DNA of 64,000 nt, from the NCBI GenBank assembly GCA_963765495.1, contig CAVXWP010000008.1:352001-416000 (forward strand). Direction: 5' to 3'. The stretch is from Blastocatellia bacterium (lineage in GTDB: Bacteria; Acidobacteriota; Blastocatellia; UBA7656). This document shows positions 1-10,500 of the stretch, piece after piece (position 1 is the stretch's first letter; each line of letters begins with the position of its first letter). The position numbers were made by a program, and so were the translations under genes. The notes under the pieces are model-generated. The model searched no databases. It was given only the letters and a program-made list of their open reading frames with translations, and was not told where the DNA came from.

Positions 1-169
1 TAGTAGGAGGCGTGTAAAGGCTGTTTTTCAGAGGCTTACTGATAGGGGGTGTTCAGAAAGGGAATTGGTTAGAGTTCATGCTCCTATTGGTCTCGATATT
101 GGTGCTAGCTCTCCAGAGGAGATAGCTGTGGCAATTTTGGCTGAAGTCATACAGACTCTTAATAGATAG
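1..169 (+). CDS. XdhC/CoxI family protein, C-terminal fragment (5' end outside the window)
   Basis: Manual translation of frame 2 gives SRRRVKAVFQRL...RVHAPIGLDIGASSPEEIAVAILAEVI, the typical XdhC Rossmann C-terminal motif; stop TAG at 167-169. Confidence 0.85.
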   Translation, partial: SRRRVKAVFQRLTDRGCSERELVRVHAPIGLDIGASSPEEIAVAILAEVIQTLNR

Positions 170-192
170 GGTCAAAAGTTAGGAAGGATCTG

Positions 193-1371
193 ATGGGTTC
201 AATGTTTTTAGGGGGACTTGATATCCTCGATTTGGATGGTGAATTAACTGATGAGGAAAGGTTGGTTAGGGAGACCGTCAGGCAATTTGTAACGGCTGAG
301 GTTCATCCTGTTATTGCTGAGTGCTATGAGGAAGGCTATTTTCCTATGGATATGGTGGGAAAGCTTGCGGATCTTGGAGTCTTTGGAGCGAATTTACCAG
401 AGGAATATGGTTGTGCAGGTATGAATAATGTTTCGTATGGTTTGGTAATGCAGGAGCTAGAGGCTGGAGACTCGGGGCTTAGGAGTTTTGCTTCGGTTCA
501 AGGTGCGTTATGTATGTATCCTATTTATGAATTTGGGAGTGAGGATCAAAAGCAAGGATATTTGCCAAAGATGGCAAAAGGTGAAGTGATTGGTTGTTTT
601 GGTTTGACGGAGCCTAATCATGGATCAGATCCTGGCGGCATGTTGACCAGGGCTAAAAAGGTTAATGATGGTTGGGTACTTAATGGTTCTAAGGCATGGA
701 TAACTAATGGGAGTATTGCAGATATTGCAGTTGTTTGGGCGAAGACTGAAGATGGAATTATAAAGGGATTTTTAGTAGAAAAAGGAAGGAAAGGGTTTAA
801 GGCTCGTGAAACAAAGCATAAGATGAGTCTAAGAGCATCTATTACTTCGGAATTATCTTTTGAAGATTGTTGGATTCCTGAAGAGAATATACTTCCGGGA
901 AGTAATGGACTTAAAAGTCCCCTGATGTGTCTGACTCAGGCTCGATATGGCATAGCATGGGGAGTAATTGGTGCGGCTTTGTCTTGTTTGACTACTGCGA
1001 TTGAGTATTCGAAAGAGAGAGTGCAGTTTGGTAAGCCAATCGGAAGCTTTCAGCTGACCCAGAAAAAATTGGTGGAAATGATGACTGAGATTGTAAAGGC
1101 ACAGTTGTTGAGTCTTCGGCTGGGTAGATTGAAGGATGTTGGTAAGTTGAAACCTATCCAGGTTTCATTGGCAAAGATGAATAATGTTGCTATGGCTCTT
1201 GAATGTGCGCGGATTGCGAGAGGTATACTGGGAGCGAATGGGATTATAGGCGAGTATCCTATAATGCGGCACATGTGTAATCTGGAGTCTGTCTATACTT
1301 ATGAGGGAACAAATGAAGTTCATTTGTTAGCCCTGGGTAAGTACCTTACAGGTCTTGATGCGTTTGGATGA
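193..1371 (+). CDS. Acyl-CoA dehydrogenase (glutaryl-CoA dehydrogenase-like)
   Basis: Motifs GCFGLTEPNHGSDP, LNGSKAWITNG, RVQFGKPI and YTYEGTNEVH; 392 aa. Confidence 0.9.
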   Translation: MGSMFLGGLDILDLDGELTDEERLVRETVRQFVTAEVHPVIAECYEEGYFPMDMVGKLADLGVFGANLPEEYGCAGMNNVSYGLVMQELEAGDSGLRSFASVQGALCMYPIYEFGSEDQKQGYLPKMAKGEVIGCFGLTEPNHGSDPGGMLTRAKKVNDGWVLNGSKAWITNGSIADIAVVWAKTEDGIIKGFLVEKGRKGFKARETKHKMSLRASITSELSFEDCWIPEENILPGSNGLKSPLMCLTQARYGIAWGVIGAALSCLTTAIEYSKERVQFGKPIGSFQLTQKKLVEMMTEIVKAQLLSLRLGRLKDVGKLKPIQVSLAKMNNVAMALECARIARGILGANGIIGEYPIMRHMCNLESVYTYEGTNEVHLLALGKYLTGLDAFG

Positions 1372-1397
1372 CTCTACTATGTGTAATTGCTTATTGA

Positions 1398-1425
1398 TAT
1401 ATACATAACGTTCATTATCAGACGC
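1398..1425 (-). other. dif-like XerC/XerD chromosome dimer resolution site
   Basis: The minus strand reads GCGTCTGATAA-TGAACG-TTATGTATATA, with the 11-6-11 layout and ATAA-N6-TTATGT core of known dif sites. It is intergenic between convergent genes and lies at a G-to-C skew switch. Confidence 0.75.
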
Positions 1426-1446
1426 AAGCTGTGTTCTCTGTATATG

Positions 1447-2151
1447 TCATGACATGAAGTGCAACCAGTCGGATAATCGAGCTATTCTCATGCAATGGTT
1501 ATCTCGCTTCTCCTCCCCCATTGTACTTACAGCCTTAGGGCCATAGTCGTGACCCGGATATAGTCTTATGTTATCTGGCAATTTCGCCAGCACCTGCGTC
1601 AGGGTCTCATACATCTTTACCGCGTCACCACCTGGGAGATCAACCCTTCCACATCCTCCTACAAATAATGTATCCCCAGAAATCAGACCGGAGTCTATCA
1701 AAAAACACTGACTGCCCGGTGTATGTCCGGGTGTATGAAGCAGAGTTATCTTTATCTCCCCTATTTCAATAATCGCTCCCCCTTTATGCCTGATAATATC
1801 TGTGGAACTCAGACCAGCCACCTTAATTACTCCCTCCGCCTCATGAATGTTTACATGGATTGGAACCTGAATGACCGATAGCAGATCTGCCAATCCGGCA
1901 ATCTCTCGCCCAAAAATTTCACCCCCAATATGATCAGGGTGATAATGTGTTACCAGGACCCCAACTATCATAAGGTCCTGTTCTTCTATATATCGTAATA
2001 TTCCCGGGATATCCCAGGCCGGATCTACTAATACACATTCTCTCTTCTTGTCATCCCCGATTATATAAACAAAATTGGCCATCTGTGTTGCGAAATGATC
2101 ATCCATCCCAAAATCCCGCCCACTCTTAAGTTGTTTCAAATATAATCCCAT
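1447..2151 (-). CDS. MBL-fold metallo-hydrolase (glyoxalase II-like)
   Basis: Motifs THYHPDHIGG, HTPGHTPG, SGDTLF and YPGHDY. Confidence 0.9.
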   Translation of the reverse strand: MGLYLKQLKSGRDFGMDDHFATQMANFVYIIGDDKKRECVLVDPAWDIPGILRYIEEQDLMIVGVLVTHYHPDHIGGEIFGREIAGLADLLSVIQVPIHVNIHEAEGVIKVAGLSSTDIIRHKGGAIIEIGEIKITLLHTPGHTPGSQCFLIDSGLISGDTLFVGGCGRVDLPGGDAVKMYETLTQVLAKLPDNIRLYPGHDYGPKAVSTMGEEKRDNHCMRIARLSDWLHFMS

Positions 2152-2236
2152 ATATCTTTATCCTCCTGAAATACTTTTATTTACCTGGGTTTACCCTGAC
2201 TTGAAAAAAATCTTATTCTGCGCTAGAAATCAATTT

Positions 2237-2611
2237 ATGATTAACTTTCAACGACCTTCGATTCGACTCAAGGTTTCAGCGCTTTTGCTCCTTTCATTAT
2301 GTATTCTTGGTTTGAATGTCTCATGTAAAACAAATAACGCAAAGGCTTCTGAGGCTATCGAGAACTATATGAGAAACCATGGAGCATCAAAGATCCAGTC
2401 TGATTTCCTTTACACAACCAATGATTTCCCAGGTAAGGCATATGCCGGCGTAACTGTTACTTATAATTTTGCTGATTCGAAAGGCTCGCCCCAGCAAGAA
2501 TTTTTGGGATTTATTCTCTCCACTAATACGAGCGAATGGAAAGTAGAAAGCTCAACTGGCTATACTACAGATGAAAAGAGAGCCCACGCGATTTTAGCTG
2601 GGAAGAAATAG
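2237..2611 (+). CDS. Hypothetical lipoprotein
   Basis: Hydrophobic signal ending in the lipobox-like LNVSC; ATG at 2237 preferred over TTG at 2201. Confidence 0.6.
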   Translation: MINFQRPSIRLKVSALLLLSLCILGLNVSCKTNNAKASEAIENYMRNHGASKIQSDFLYTTNDFPGKAYAGVTVTYNFADSKGSPQQEFLGFILSTNTSEWKVESSTGYTTDEKRAHAILAGKK

Positions 2612-2626
2612 ACCGGCTCTCTTCCC

Positions 2627-2974
2627 CTAACTCTTTTTAAATCTGGATGTAGTTTTGCCAAATTGCTCTTTGTACCACGTAAGTTCGTCTTGAAATCCTG
2701 CCTGTCCTTGCTTAAAACGTCTGACTCCCGTACCAGCACCATAATATCCTGCATGAGGAAGTGGCCCGTATAATTCCTCTTCGGTGTCTGAAGACTCTGC
2801 AATATCCTTTTTGTATGCTCTTTCGTACCCACCGCCAATACCAAACCCTTGTGTGCGCATCTCCAAGCGCCTTGATGGATGCTCCATTTTTAAATAGCCG
2901 ATCCCTGAATTGCGAGTTCGGGGTTCAGAGCTTATCTCAGCAGGTATTTCATTATCTCTATCTTTCTTATCCAT
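2627..2974 (-). CDS. Hypothetical protein, 115 aa, Gly/Tyr-rich
   Basis: ATG start, co-directional directly downstream of the response regulator; no recognisable family. Confidence 0.55.
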   Translation of the reverse strand: MDKKDRDNEIPAEISSEPRTRNSGIGYLKMEHPSRRLEMRTQGFGIGGGYERAYKKDIAESSDTEEELYGPLPHAGYYGAGTGVRRFKQGQAGFQDELTWYKEQFGKTTSRFKKS

Positions 2975-3024
2975 ACTCTGATCCTATCCTCTTCTATTTT
3001 ATTTATAACTAAAATTTCTATCAT

Positions 3025-4452
3025 TTAGGTTGTAGACGCTCTGGAACTATAGCTCATATATTCATCATCATCCCCATTATCGCCAGTATTTTGCCCTGCT
3101 GTTCCATACCCATACTGGCGCAAGCGCCTATAGAGGGTTCGCCTGTCAATCCCGAGAATCTGGGCGGTCTTTATTTGATGCCCGTCCATTTTTTCCAGAA
3201 CCCTTACAATATATCGACGCTCGACCTCAGCAAGGGACGCATTATCCAGGATCGCTTCCTCAAGTATATCCCTCTCTGGCGAAGTTATACTTACTGGCAA
3301 ATCGTCTGATGTAAGTAGCTCATCACTGCCCATCGTCAAGGCATGCTCCACCGCATTCTCTAGCTCCCTAACATTTCCAGGCCAGGTATGAGTCATCAGG
3401 ACACGCATCGCCTCACTGGAGAAGCGTCTTGGAGGCTCGTTATGTTGCTTTGCAAACTTTTGCAAAAAATGATGAACCAGCAACGGTATATCTTCACGTC
3501 TGTCCTTAAGGTCGGGAAGCCTTACAGGTACAACATTCAGCCGATAAAAGAGATCCTGACGAAATTCTCCACGCTTTACAGCTTCCTCTAAATCCATGTT
3601 GCTTGCCGACACAAGACGAATATCTATCTGGAGGTTCTCTCTTCCCCCAACCCTTCTGACAACACGTTCTTGTAATACTCTTAAGAGCTTAACCTGCAGG
3701 CTTTGGGAAAGTGTGTTTATCTCATCAAGAAATACAGTTCCTCCCTGGGCCTCCTCAATCAGACCACGCCTGGTTTCGTGCGCTCCTGTAAAGGCTCCTT
3801 TCTGATGCCCAAAAAGTTCAGATTCCAGCAGGGTCTCTGGAATTGCAGAACAATTTATGGGTACAAAAGGGGCATCCCTTCGATCTGAATTATAATGAAT
3901 CGCCCTGGCTACAAGTTCCTTCCCTGTTCCAGTGGAGCCAATGATCAATGCCGATGCGTCACGTCTGGCTGCTATTCGTTTTATAACCTCGAAGAGGTGC
4001 TGCATGGGCTTGCTACGCCCAACTATGTTCGAAAAATTATATCGATCCCTAACTTCTGCCCTTAACTCTTTGACTTCTCTACGCAGACTCCGCCGCTCAA
4101 GCGCCTTCTCTACAGTTATTGCAAGCTCATCCAATTGGAAGGGCTTCCCTATATAGTCCTCAGCCCCTAATTTCATAGCCTCAACGGCAGATGATATAGA
4201 ACTAAAGGCAGTCATAATAATGACAAGAACATCAGGCCAGTCCAATCTAATGCGCGCAAGGAGTTCCAAGCCACTTATCCCTGGAAGTTTTATATCTGTA
4301 ACGACCAGTGCATAGTCCTGTTCTTCGAGGCGAAGAATTGCCTCTTCTCCATTTTGAACCGCATTGACTTTAAATCCTCTTTCCGAGAAAAATAGTACAA
4401 GAAGCTCACGCATCGGAGCTTCATCCTCGATAATCAATATTCTTTGATTCAT
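3025..4452 (-). CDS. Sigma-54-dependent response regulator (NtrC/AtoC family: REC-AAA+-Fis HTH)
   Basis: REC domain (IIEDE, VTDIKLP); Walker A GSTGTGKE; GAFTGA; FLDEI; WPGNVREL; C-terminal HTH LGIDRRTLYRRL. Confidence 0.95.
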   Translation of the reverse strand: MNQRILIIEDEAPMRELLVLFFSERGFKVNAVQNGEEAILRLEEQDYALVVTDIKLPGISGLELLARIRLDWPDVLVIIMTAFSSISSAVEAMKLGAEDYIGKPFQLDELAITVEKALERRSLRREVKELRAEVRDRYNFSNIVGRSKPMQHLFEVIKRIAARRDASALIIGSTGTGKELVARAIHYNSDRRDAPFVPINCSAIPETLLESELFGHQKGAFTGAHETRRGLIEEAQGGTVFLDEINTLSQSLQVKLLRVLQERVVRRVGGRENLQIDIRLVSASNMDLEEAVKRGEFRQDLFYRLNVVPVRLPDLKDRREDIPLLVHHFLQKFAKQHNEPPRRFSSEAMRVLMTHTWPGNVRELENAVEHALTMGSDELLTSDDLPVSITSPERDILEEAILDNASLAEVERRYIVRVLEKMDGHQIKTAQILGIDRRTLYRRLRQYGYGTAGQNTGDNGDDDEYMSYSSRASTT

Positions 4453-4469
4453 TGATCCCCTCTGAAATA

Positions 4470-5540
4470 TTAGCTGTTGTTCTGCTTAGGAAATTTCAAA
4501 TGGAGCGCAGTTCCCTCTCCATCCAATTCTCTTTGCCCCACTTTGACATTATATTCTGCCAGGCTGTTACACGCGACTGCCAATAGCCGAGAACTTTCTA
4601 TCTCCCCCCCAGTCTTATCCCTTAAATCAAATTCTATATCAATATAGCTTTCGTTATCAGACGCAGGTTTAACGCTGACTACAACACTACTTTCAGGGCA
4701 AAGGGTCTCGCAGATACTTATCAGGATTTTGAAAAACGCTTGCCTCAGCCCAAAGACATCCCCCTTAATCAATGGAAGTTGAGTATTACAGTTGAGACTC
4801 GTGTTTATTGATTTCTTTCGAAGATAATGCCCTGCCAGGTCGAGAGATTCACGGAGCACCGTCTCTATACTTATTGCTATGGACTGCCTGCTTTGGGGAT
4901 TCGTTACATTCAGCAATTGCTTTATAAATTCCGAGACTCGTCTTGTCTGCTGGAGAATTGTCGAAAGTTCTTTATATCCTTTACCTTCTGAATCCGTTCG
5001 CATCAACAGATATTCAGCATATCCGGAGATGATATTAAGAGGAGTTCCCACATCATGCACAAGGCTTGCAATCATCTGTCCCAAGATCACAATCTGGTCC
5101 TCTTTTTGGTCTAAAGTCGAATTCACATTTTGCTCCGTTACATCAGACACTATCCTTATATAACCTCGATTCGTACCGTCTATAGCAGTCAGGGGCTTCA
5201 TCAAAACTCGTAGCCGCTTTCCGCGAACTTGAATAATAAAATCCCTGATTTCATCATCTGATAAAAACGCCGTATCATTTCGAGAGGTCACATCTGCTAC
5301 AGGTAATACATCATCGTAATTTAACCCGAGAAGATCCTCTGCAGCAACTCCATAAAATTCGGCGACTTTCTCATTTGCAAATATAACCTTCCCCTCCTGC
5401 GAGTGGATTGTCACCCCTTCATCTATTAAATCCAAAACCACTTTCCAAGCTTCAATTAAGTAATCGTAGGGGTTATCGCCTGATATTAAAGGCAGGTCTT
5501 TGCTAATGGCATTACGATCAGGTTTACTCATCTCACCCAT
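4470..5540 (-). CDS. PAS-domain histidine kinase-like protein with degenerate HATPase domain
   Basis: PAS (EGVTIHSQEGKVIFANE) and H-box SLVHDVGTPLNII are present; N, G1 and G2 boxes are not recognisable. Confidence 0.8.
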   Translation of the reverse strand: MGEMSKPDRNAISKDLPLISGDNPYDYLIEAWKVVLDLIDEGVTIHSQEGKVIFANEKVAEFYGVAAEDLLGLNYDDVLPVADVTSRNDTAFLSDDEIRDFIIQVRGKRLRVLMKPLTAIDGTNRGYIRIVSDVTEQNVNSTLDQKEDQIVILGQMIASLVHDVGTPLNIISGYAEYLLMRTDSEGKGYKELSTILQQTRRVSEFIKQLLNVTNPQSRQSIAISIETVLRESLDLAGHYLRKKSINTSLNCNTQLPLIKGDVFGLRQAFFKILISICETLCPESSVVVSVKPASDNESYIDIEFDLRDKTGGEIESSRLLAVACNSLAEYNVKVGQRELDGEGTALHLKFPKQNNS

Positions 5541-5586
5541 AAAAGCTTACAGAGCATAAATGACGAAGATATATTCCACAGCAATA

Positions 5587-5615
5587 AAGGGGCAACCCTT
5601 TCATGGTTGCCCCTT
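5587..5615. terminator. Rho-independent terminator-like hairpin
   Basis: Perfect 11-bp stem AAGGGGCAACC-N7-GGTTGCCCCTT with A/T flanks, downstream of the 551-aa gene. Confidence 0.75.
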
Positions 5616-5680
5616 AAAAAAGCATGTATTCCTCTACACGGACACCTGCCCCGAAATCCGGTCAGTCATACCTACATTAT

Positions 5681-7336
5681 CTATTTTATGTTACAGGGCT
5701 TGCTGATGGCCCCAATTCCGCCTCGAATCAAGGCATTGTATGGAGCAAGAAGCACACCGCTGGCTGAACTCTGAGCACTATCACCCTTAACCTTACCTAA
5801 AACTACCGACCCCGGTGACGTAACTGTCGAGTTCTCTTCATCCCAACCCAATGAATTAATCGTTATCACATTGAGACGAACTGGATTAAATTCTATCCTG
5901 TTCACGCGTGGGCCCAGGTCACCAATCATTACTAAATCAGCCTGCTCGTTACCACCAGCTATGCTGATCATAAAGAGTTTGCCTGTGTAGGTCGCAATAT
6001 ATCCCGTAGATACTCCATCAGTGACGAAATTCGAGAGTCCGTACTCTTCTTCAAGCCCCCCGGAATAAACATTTGATGATATCAGTTTCCCTTTTCTGTT
6101 CAGCCTGGCCATCACAAGTGAGGGAGGCTCGGTGGCTCTAGTGATGTTTAATGGCCGAACAATTCGTCGCAGTGCTCCCGGACGATCATTGAGTGGACGA
6201 ACGATCTCAGTGCGGTACCCTCGTTTGACCGCTGTGACCATTCGCCGGGCTGAATCATACCCAATAATTCGAGGGCTGGAGTTTTCAGGGTCCGTCACTG
6301 CCAGGTCCGGGAAGGTCTGGATTACCTTTACCGTCCCAGACAAAGATTCCCCTCTAAGATCGACCTGACATATCGAACCATCATTTGCAAGAAGGTATGC
6401 AAAATCCGCCACCCCAGTCTCAGAGTCCGAACTGACAGCCAGATTGCTGCCCGGCGCCATCGAGAGCCCCTTAGGAAAACCATCTGAATTTACTTCTTTG
6501 AGTGAAGTAATAGTGGCATTGGCTTCGAATCTATAAAACTTGATCTCTGAGGAATATTGAAATACCCCGTTCCCTAAATCCTCTTTGCTCGTTATTGAAA
6601 CAGAGAGCGTATCACTTGGTACATCAACATCAAAGAATGAAATCCTTGTTCCTAATTCATATTTTGTTTGGTCCACGAACGGATATTCGTGCAGAAACCC
6701 GGTTACCACGTTAAAGGAAAAGAGTGATGCCGAGTTAGAAAAGAGGAGATAATCACCCTTCCTGGCCATTACAAACTCATTCGGCGCATCAGAACTAGAC
6801 GGCGTTCCTCTGCCTGGAATGCGAATTATTGAAACAACAGACCCAAATATCGGTTTCCCATTATCATCGAGATTCAATTGCATCTGGGCGATAACATCAT
6901 TCGCACGCAATGAGCCATCCCATTCCTCCGAATATTGTATCCCCCTAACGTAGAGATTCCCAATTGCGGGATCATAGATAACTTTTGACGGAAAATAACA
7001 ATTGCCAAGGTCAGCCCTGAGAACCTCACTATCTGGCTTCTTTGTATCAATCAATTGCACATAATGATTGTCATATTCGCTTAAAGGGGCATCTTCGGAA
7101 GGCGACTTGGAAGGAGCGAAGGGCGTGACGATAACATATCTGTCAAAGACGACCAGTGCATTATTTGCTTCACCATCCGCCCCTGGCATTTCAATTCTCT
7201 CAACCTTTACAGAGGTCTCAGCAAAAAGCGTATATGAAGCCACTCCACAAAATGCAATGATCAAAACGACCACTGAGACTATGCGGAAGGAACTGTTTGA
7301 AGTAAAGTTCTTGACTCGTGTCATTTTATCCCTCAA
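5681..7336 (-). CDS. Hypothetical secreted or membrane-anchored beta-rich (propeller-like) protein, 551 aa
   Basis: N-terminal hydrophobic segment and beta-strand-rich body; internal IVRPLN duplication; no family recognised. Confidence 0.75.
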   Translation of the reverse strand: MRDKMTRVKNFTSNSSFRIVSVVVLIIAFCGVASYTLFAETSVKVERIEMPGADGEANNALVVFDRYVIVTPFAPSKSPSEDAPLSEYDNHYVQLIDTKKPDSEVLRADLGNCYFPSKVIYDPAIGNLYVRGIQYSEEWDGSLRANDVIAQMQLNLDDNGKPIFGSVVSIIRIPGRGTPSSSDAPNEFVMARKGDYLLFSNSASLFSFNVVTGFLHEYPFVDQTKYELGTRISFFDVDVPSDTLSVSITSKEDLGNGVFQYSSEIKFYRFEANATITSLKEVNSDGFPKGLSMAPGSNLAVSSDSETGVADFAYLLANDGSICQVDLRGESLSGTVKVIQTFPDLAVTDPENSSPRIIGYDSARRMVTAVKRGYRTEIVRPLNDRPGALRRIVRPLNITRATEPPSLVMARLNRKGKLISSNVYSGGLEEEYGLSNFVTDGVSTGYIATYTGKLFMISIAGGNEQADLVMIGDLGPRVNRIEFNPVRLNVITINSLGWDEENSTVTSPGSVVLGKVKGDSAQSSASGVLLAPYNALIRGGIGAISKPCNIK

Positions 7337-7454
7337 TTTACTCTATCTCGGGGTTATCCCCTAAAGGTCTCTCGCTTAATCAATTCAACCTTCTCTCCAT
7401 TGTTTCAACCGAATATAACTCTCATCAGGGCTATTTTGAAAGATTTAGAACGCC

Positions 7455-7484
7455 ATCTTATGGCCTAATACCACTCGATGTCAA
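7455..7484 (-). promoter_or_regulatory. Putative sigma-70 promoter of the 551-aa gene
   Basis: Minus strand TTGACA-N18-TAAGAT. Confidence 0.45.
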
Positions 7485-7523
7485 GCCTTATCGTGATCCG
7501 GCAAACCACAGAATACAAGAAAT

Positions 7524-10500
7524 TTACGTTCTATTTTCTCTCTCAATCCCGAGTGTGTTCAACTTTAACCTGAGACCCCGCCGAGAGAGCCCCAGATCTT
7601 GCGCCGTTCTAGACAGGTTGTTCTTATTTCGATCCAATGACTCTTCTATTAAACGGCGTTCTAATGCTGCGGTTGCGTCCTTCAATTTCACACGCGACCC
7701 CGGTTGTTGATGATTCCTTCTCTTGCTCCCATTGAAGCTTGTATGTCCCCCCTCATCACCATTCGTACCATAACTCCTATCATACGTATAAGACATTCGC
7801 CCCCCATTACTGTGCTTGTGAGGGTAGGCCACCTCAGGGGATAAATCAGGCGCACCGATCCGCGCCCCTTCCGATGCGTATGCAACAACGCGCTCAATTT
7901 CATTTCTCAATTGTCTGACATTACCGGGCCAATCATATTGCATAAGCAAGTCAATTGACTCCTGAGTCAATACGATTCCCTGCTTGCCTGAACGAGACGA
8001 AAAGTGCTCAAGAAAGTGGCTTGCCAGTACAGGTAATTCTTCTATTCGTTCCCTTAATGGCGGAACATGTATACGAATGATATTTAATCTGTGGAAAAGA
8101 TCTTCCCTGAAACGACCATCCTCAACGGCGCGCTCAAGGTTTGTATTTGTTGCAGCCAACACTCTCACATCTACTTTGAGCGGTCTCGTCTCTCCAAGTG
8201 GCTGTATTTCCGATTCTTGCAGAAACCTCATCAGTTTTGGCTGCACTTCAAGCGATAGATCGCCTATCTCATCCAGGAAAAGAGTGCCGCCTGCCGCTGC
8301 CTTAATTATTCCGGGATAATTTGATGTTGCACCCGTAAAGGCTCCTCGCCTGTGTCCAAACAACTGGCTGTCTATAATCTCCTTTGGTGTCGCCGTACAA
8401 TTGAACGGGAGAAAAATAGCCCTCGCCCTTGCTGATTCGGCGTGAATGGCCCTTGCAACTAGCTCTTTGCCAGTCCCGGATTCACCGGTTATAAGCACGG
8501 TAACATTACTTGTTCGAATCTTTTGTATCTTATCTATAACGGCAGACATAGAGACGCTCGATACTAAAAAGCCGGGGAGTATTGTCTGGATTCGATGCCC
8601 CTCGGGTGGATGAGAGGGGCTGCTTACCACTTCACGCAAAGAACAGGTTTCAAGCCCTAGTTCCACCTGTTTTAAAAGTGGTCGAAACCGACTAAAGTCC
8701 AGCCGGTCAAAAGGATGGACAAATAAAACTATATCGGCTCCCTGGTCTTCCCCTATCTTGACAGCATATCCCTGATCGATCTGTCTTCCTGTCTCTATAT
8801 GGTCCAGGTCAAGCCTTTCACTATATGCCTCTGCCTCTTGATGTTCCATCCCTTGCACAGCCAATAGATCTGAACGCGAATCATCATAAACTTTAAAAGC
8901 AAGTACAAACCGAACAGGGAAATTCTCATGGACGACAGCCGCCATCTCCTGGACTAACAACTCTCTTGATGCGGATGCCTCAATAAGCCGCTGCATCAAA
9001 AGAATATCATTGGCCGGAGAGAGGACGACCTCCCTTGAATTCCCCTTCTCATCGAATTCAAATACATCAAGACTCTTTGTCACGCATTCGGAATAATATA
9101 CGCTTCCTGTCCTGTCAAATATCCGCTTCGCGCTCTCAAAATATTCTCTGGACTCTTTCTCTTCGCCTGTCTTCCCAAGAAGAAGTCCCATTTCATAGCG
9201 ACTTTTTGCTTCTTCAAACGGGATTTCGAGTGTTGTAAATATCGATATACTCTGTGCGATTAGTTGCTTCCCTTCCGCAAATCGATTGTTGACCGAATGT
9301 ATCTTCCCGGCCAGCCTTTGAACCAACCCCGTAATGTAGAGTGATTTCTCCTCTTTCAGCCTTCCCTGCGCAAGCTCCAGATACTCCTGCGCTTGTTCGA
9401 AGCCGTGTTGATGGAAATGGCATTCGGCAAGGTAGGCGTGTGATAACGTCACACCATATAGATCGCCAACCGAGGTCGAGAGCCGTAATGCTTCACGCAG
9501 ATACTTCAACCCTTTATCAATCTGTCCGGTCAGGCTGTAAACAATCGCAAGAGTCCTCAGCGCATCGCTCTCAAGCCACTTATCGCTGTAATCGTCTAAT
9601 AGAGTGAGACATTTGCCTAACTCTGTTTCCGCTTTTGCAAAATCTCCCTTATCGCAAAATATTTGTCCAAGTGTGATTCTCGCCGTGACTTCTACTCGGG
9701 GATCTTGCAACTCCTCGCTTATCTCAAGCGAACGGGTCAGATATCCCATCGCCTCATCAAAATAACCGGAACACCGAACATTATCGGCAAGATTGTTATA
9801 GGCAAAAGCGAGATAGTCTCGCCTCCCCCCTTTGCTTAGATACTCAACGCCTCTGCTGAGGTAAACTTTAGATTCTTTTCGCTCAAGCGGATATTGATAT
9901 GCCCCCGTTCCAAGGTTTGACAAGATCATTCCAATCAGGTTGACGTTTGATGTCTTTTCGGCATAATTGAGCGCTTTCAGATAGTTTTCCTTTGCGCTTG
10001 AAAATGCACCTTCATTAAAGTCAACCACTCCCAGCCTTACGTATATCCTCGCTAATAGCTCATGGTTGATTGTCATCTTCTGTACAGCTACCGCAGCACG
10101 CAGATGATCCCTGGCGATCTTATATTCATTTATCTCAATGTATGTACGCCCTAGCGCATATTGCGATTCACTGACACCAACCTCATCCTGTAACTGATGA
10201 AAAAGTACCTTCGAGTCGTTAAAAGAGGCTATGGCTTCGGGGTGATTTCTAAGCTCGCTTTGTACCCAGCCCAGCCGCAGACGCAGACGCGCTCGCATCA
10301 CGGTCGAGAGGGAGGATATCATCTCAGGATTTTCATATTTTTTTAAAATTCGGTAGGCTTCTTCAAACTTACTTAGCTCTTCAAGCGAGCGGCTCAACAG
10401 AGACCTCGTTATGGCCTCCTGCTCTATTGTCCCTGCATCCTCGGTAAGTACGGCATAAAAATGCTCGACCGCTTCTTCATAGTTCGCCCCGGAAAAGGCC

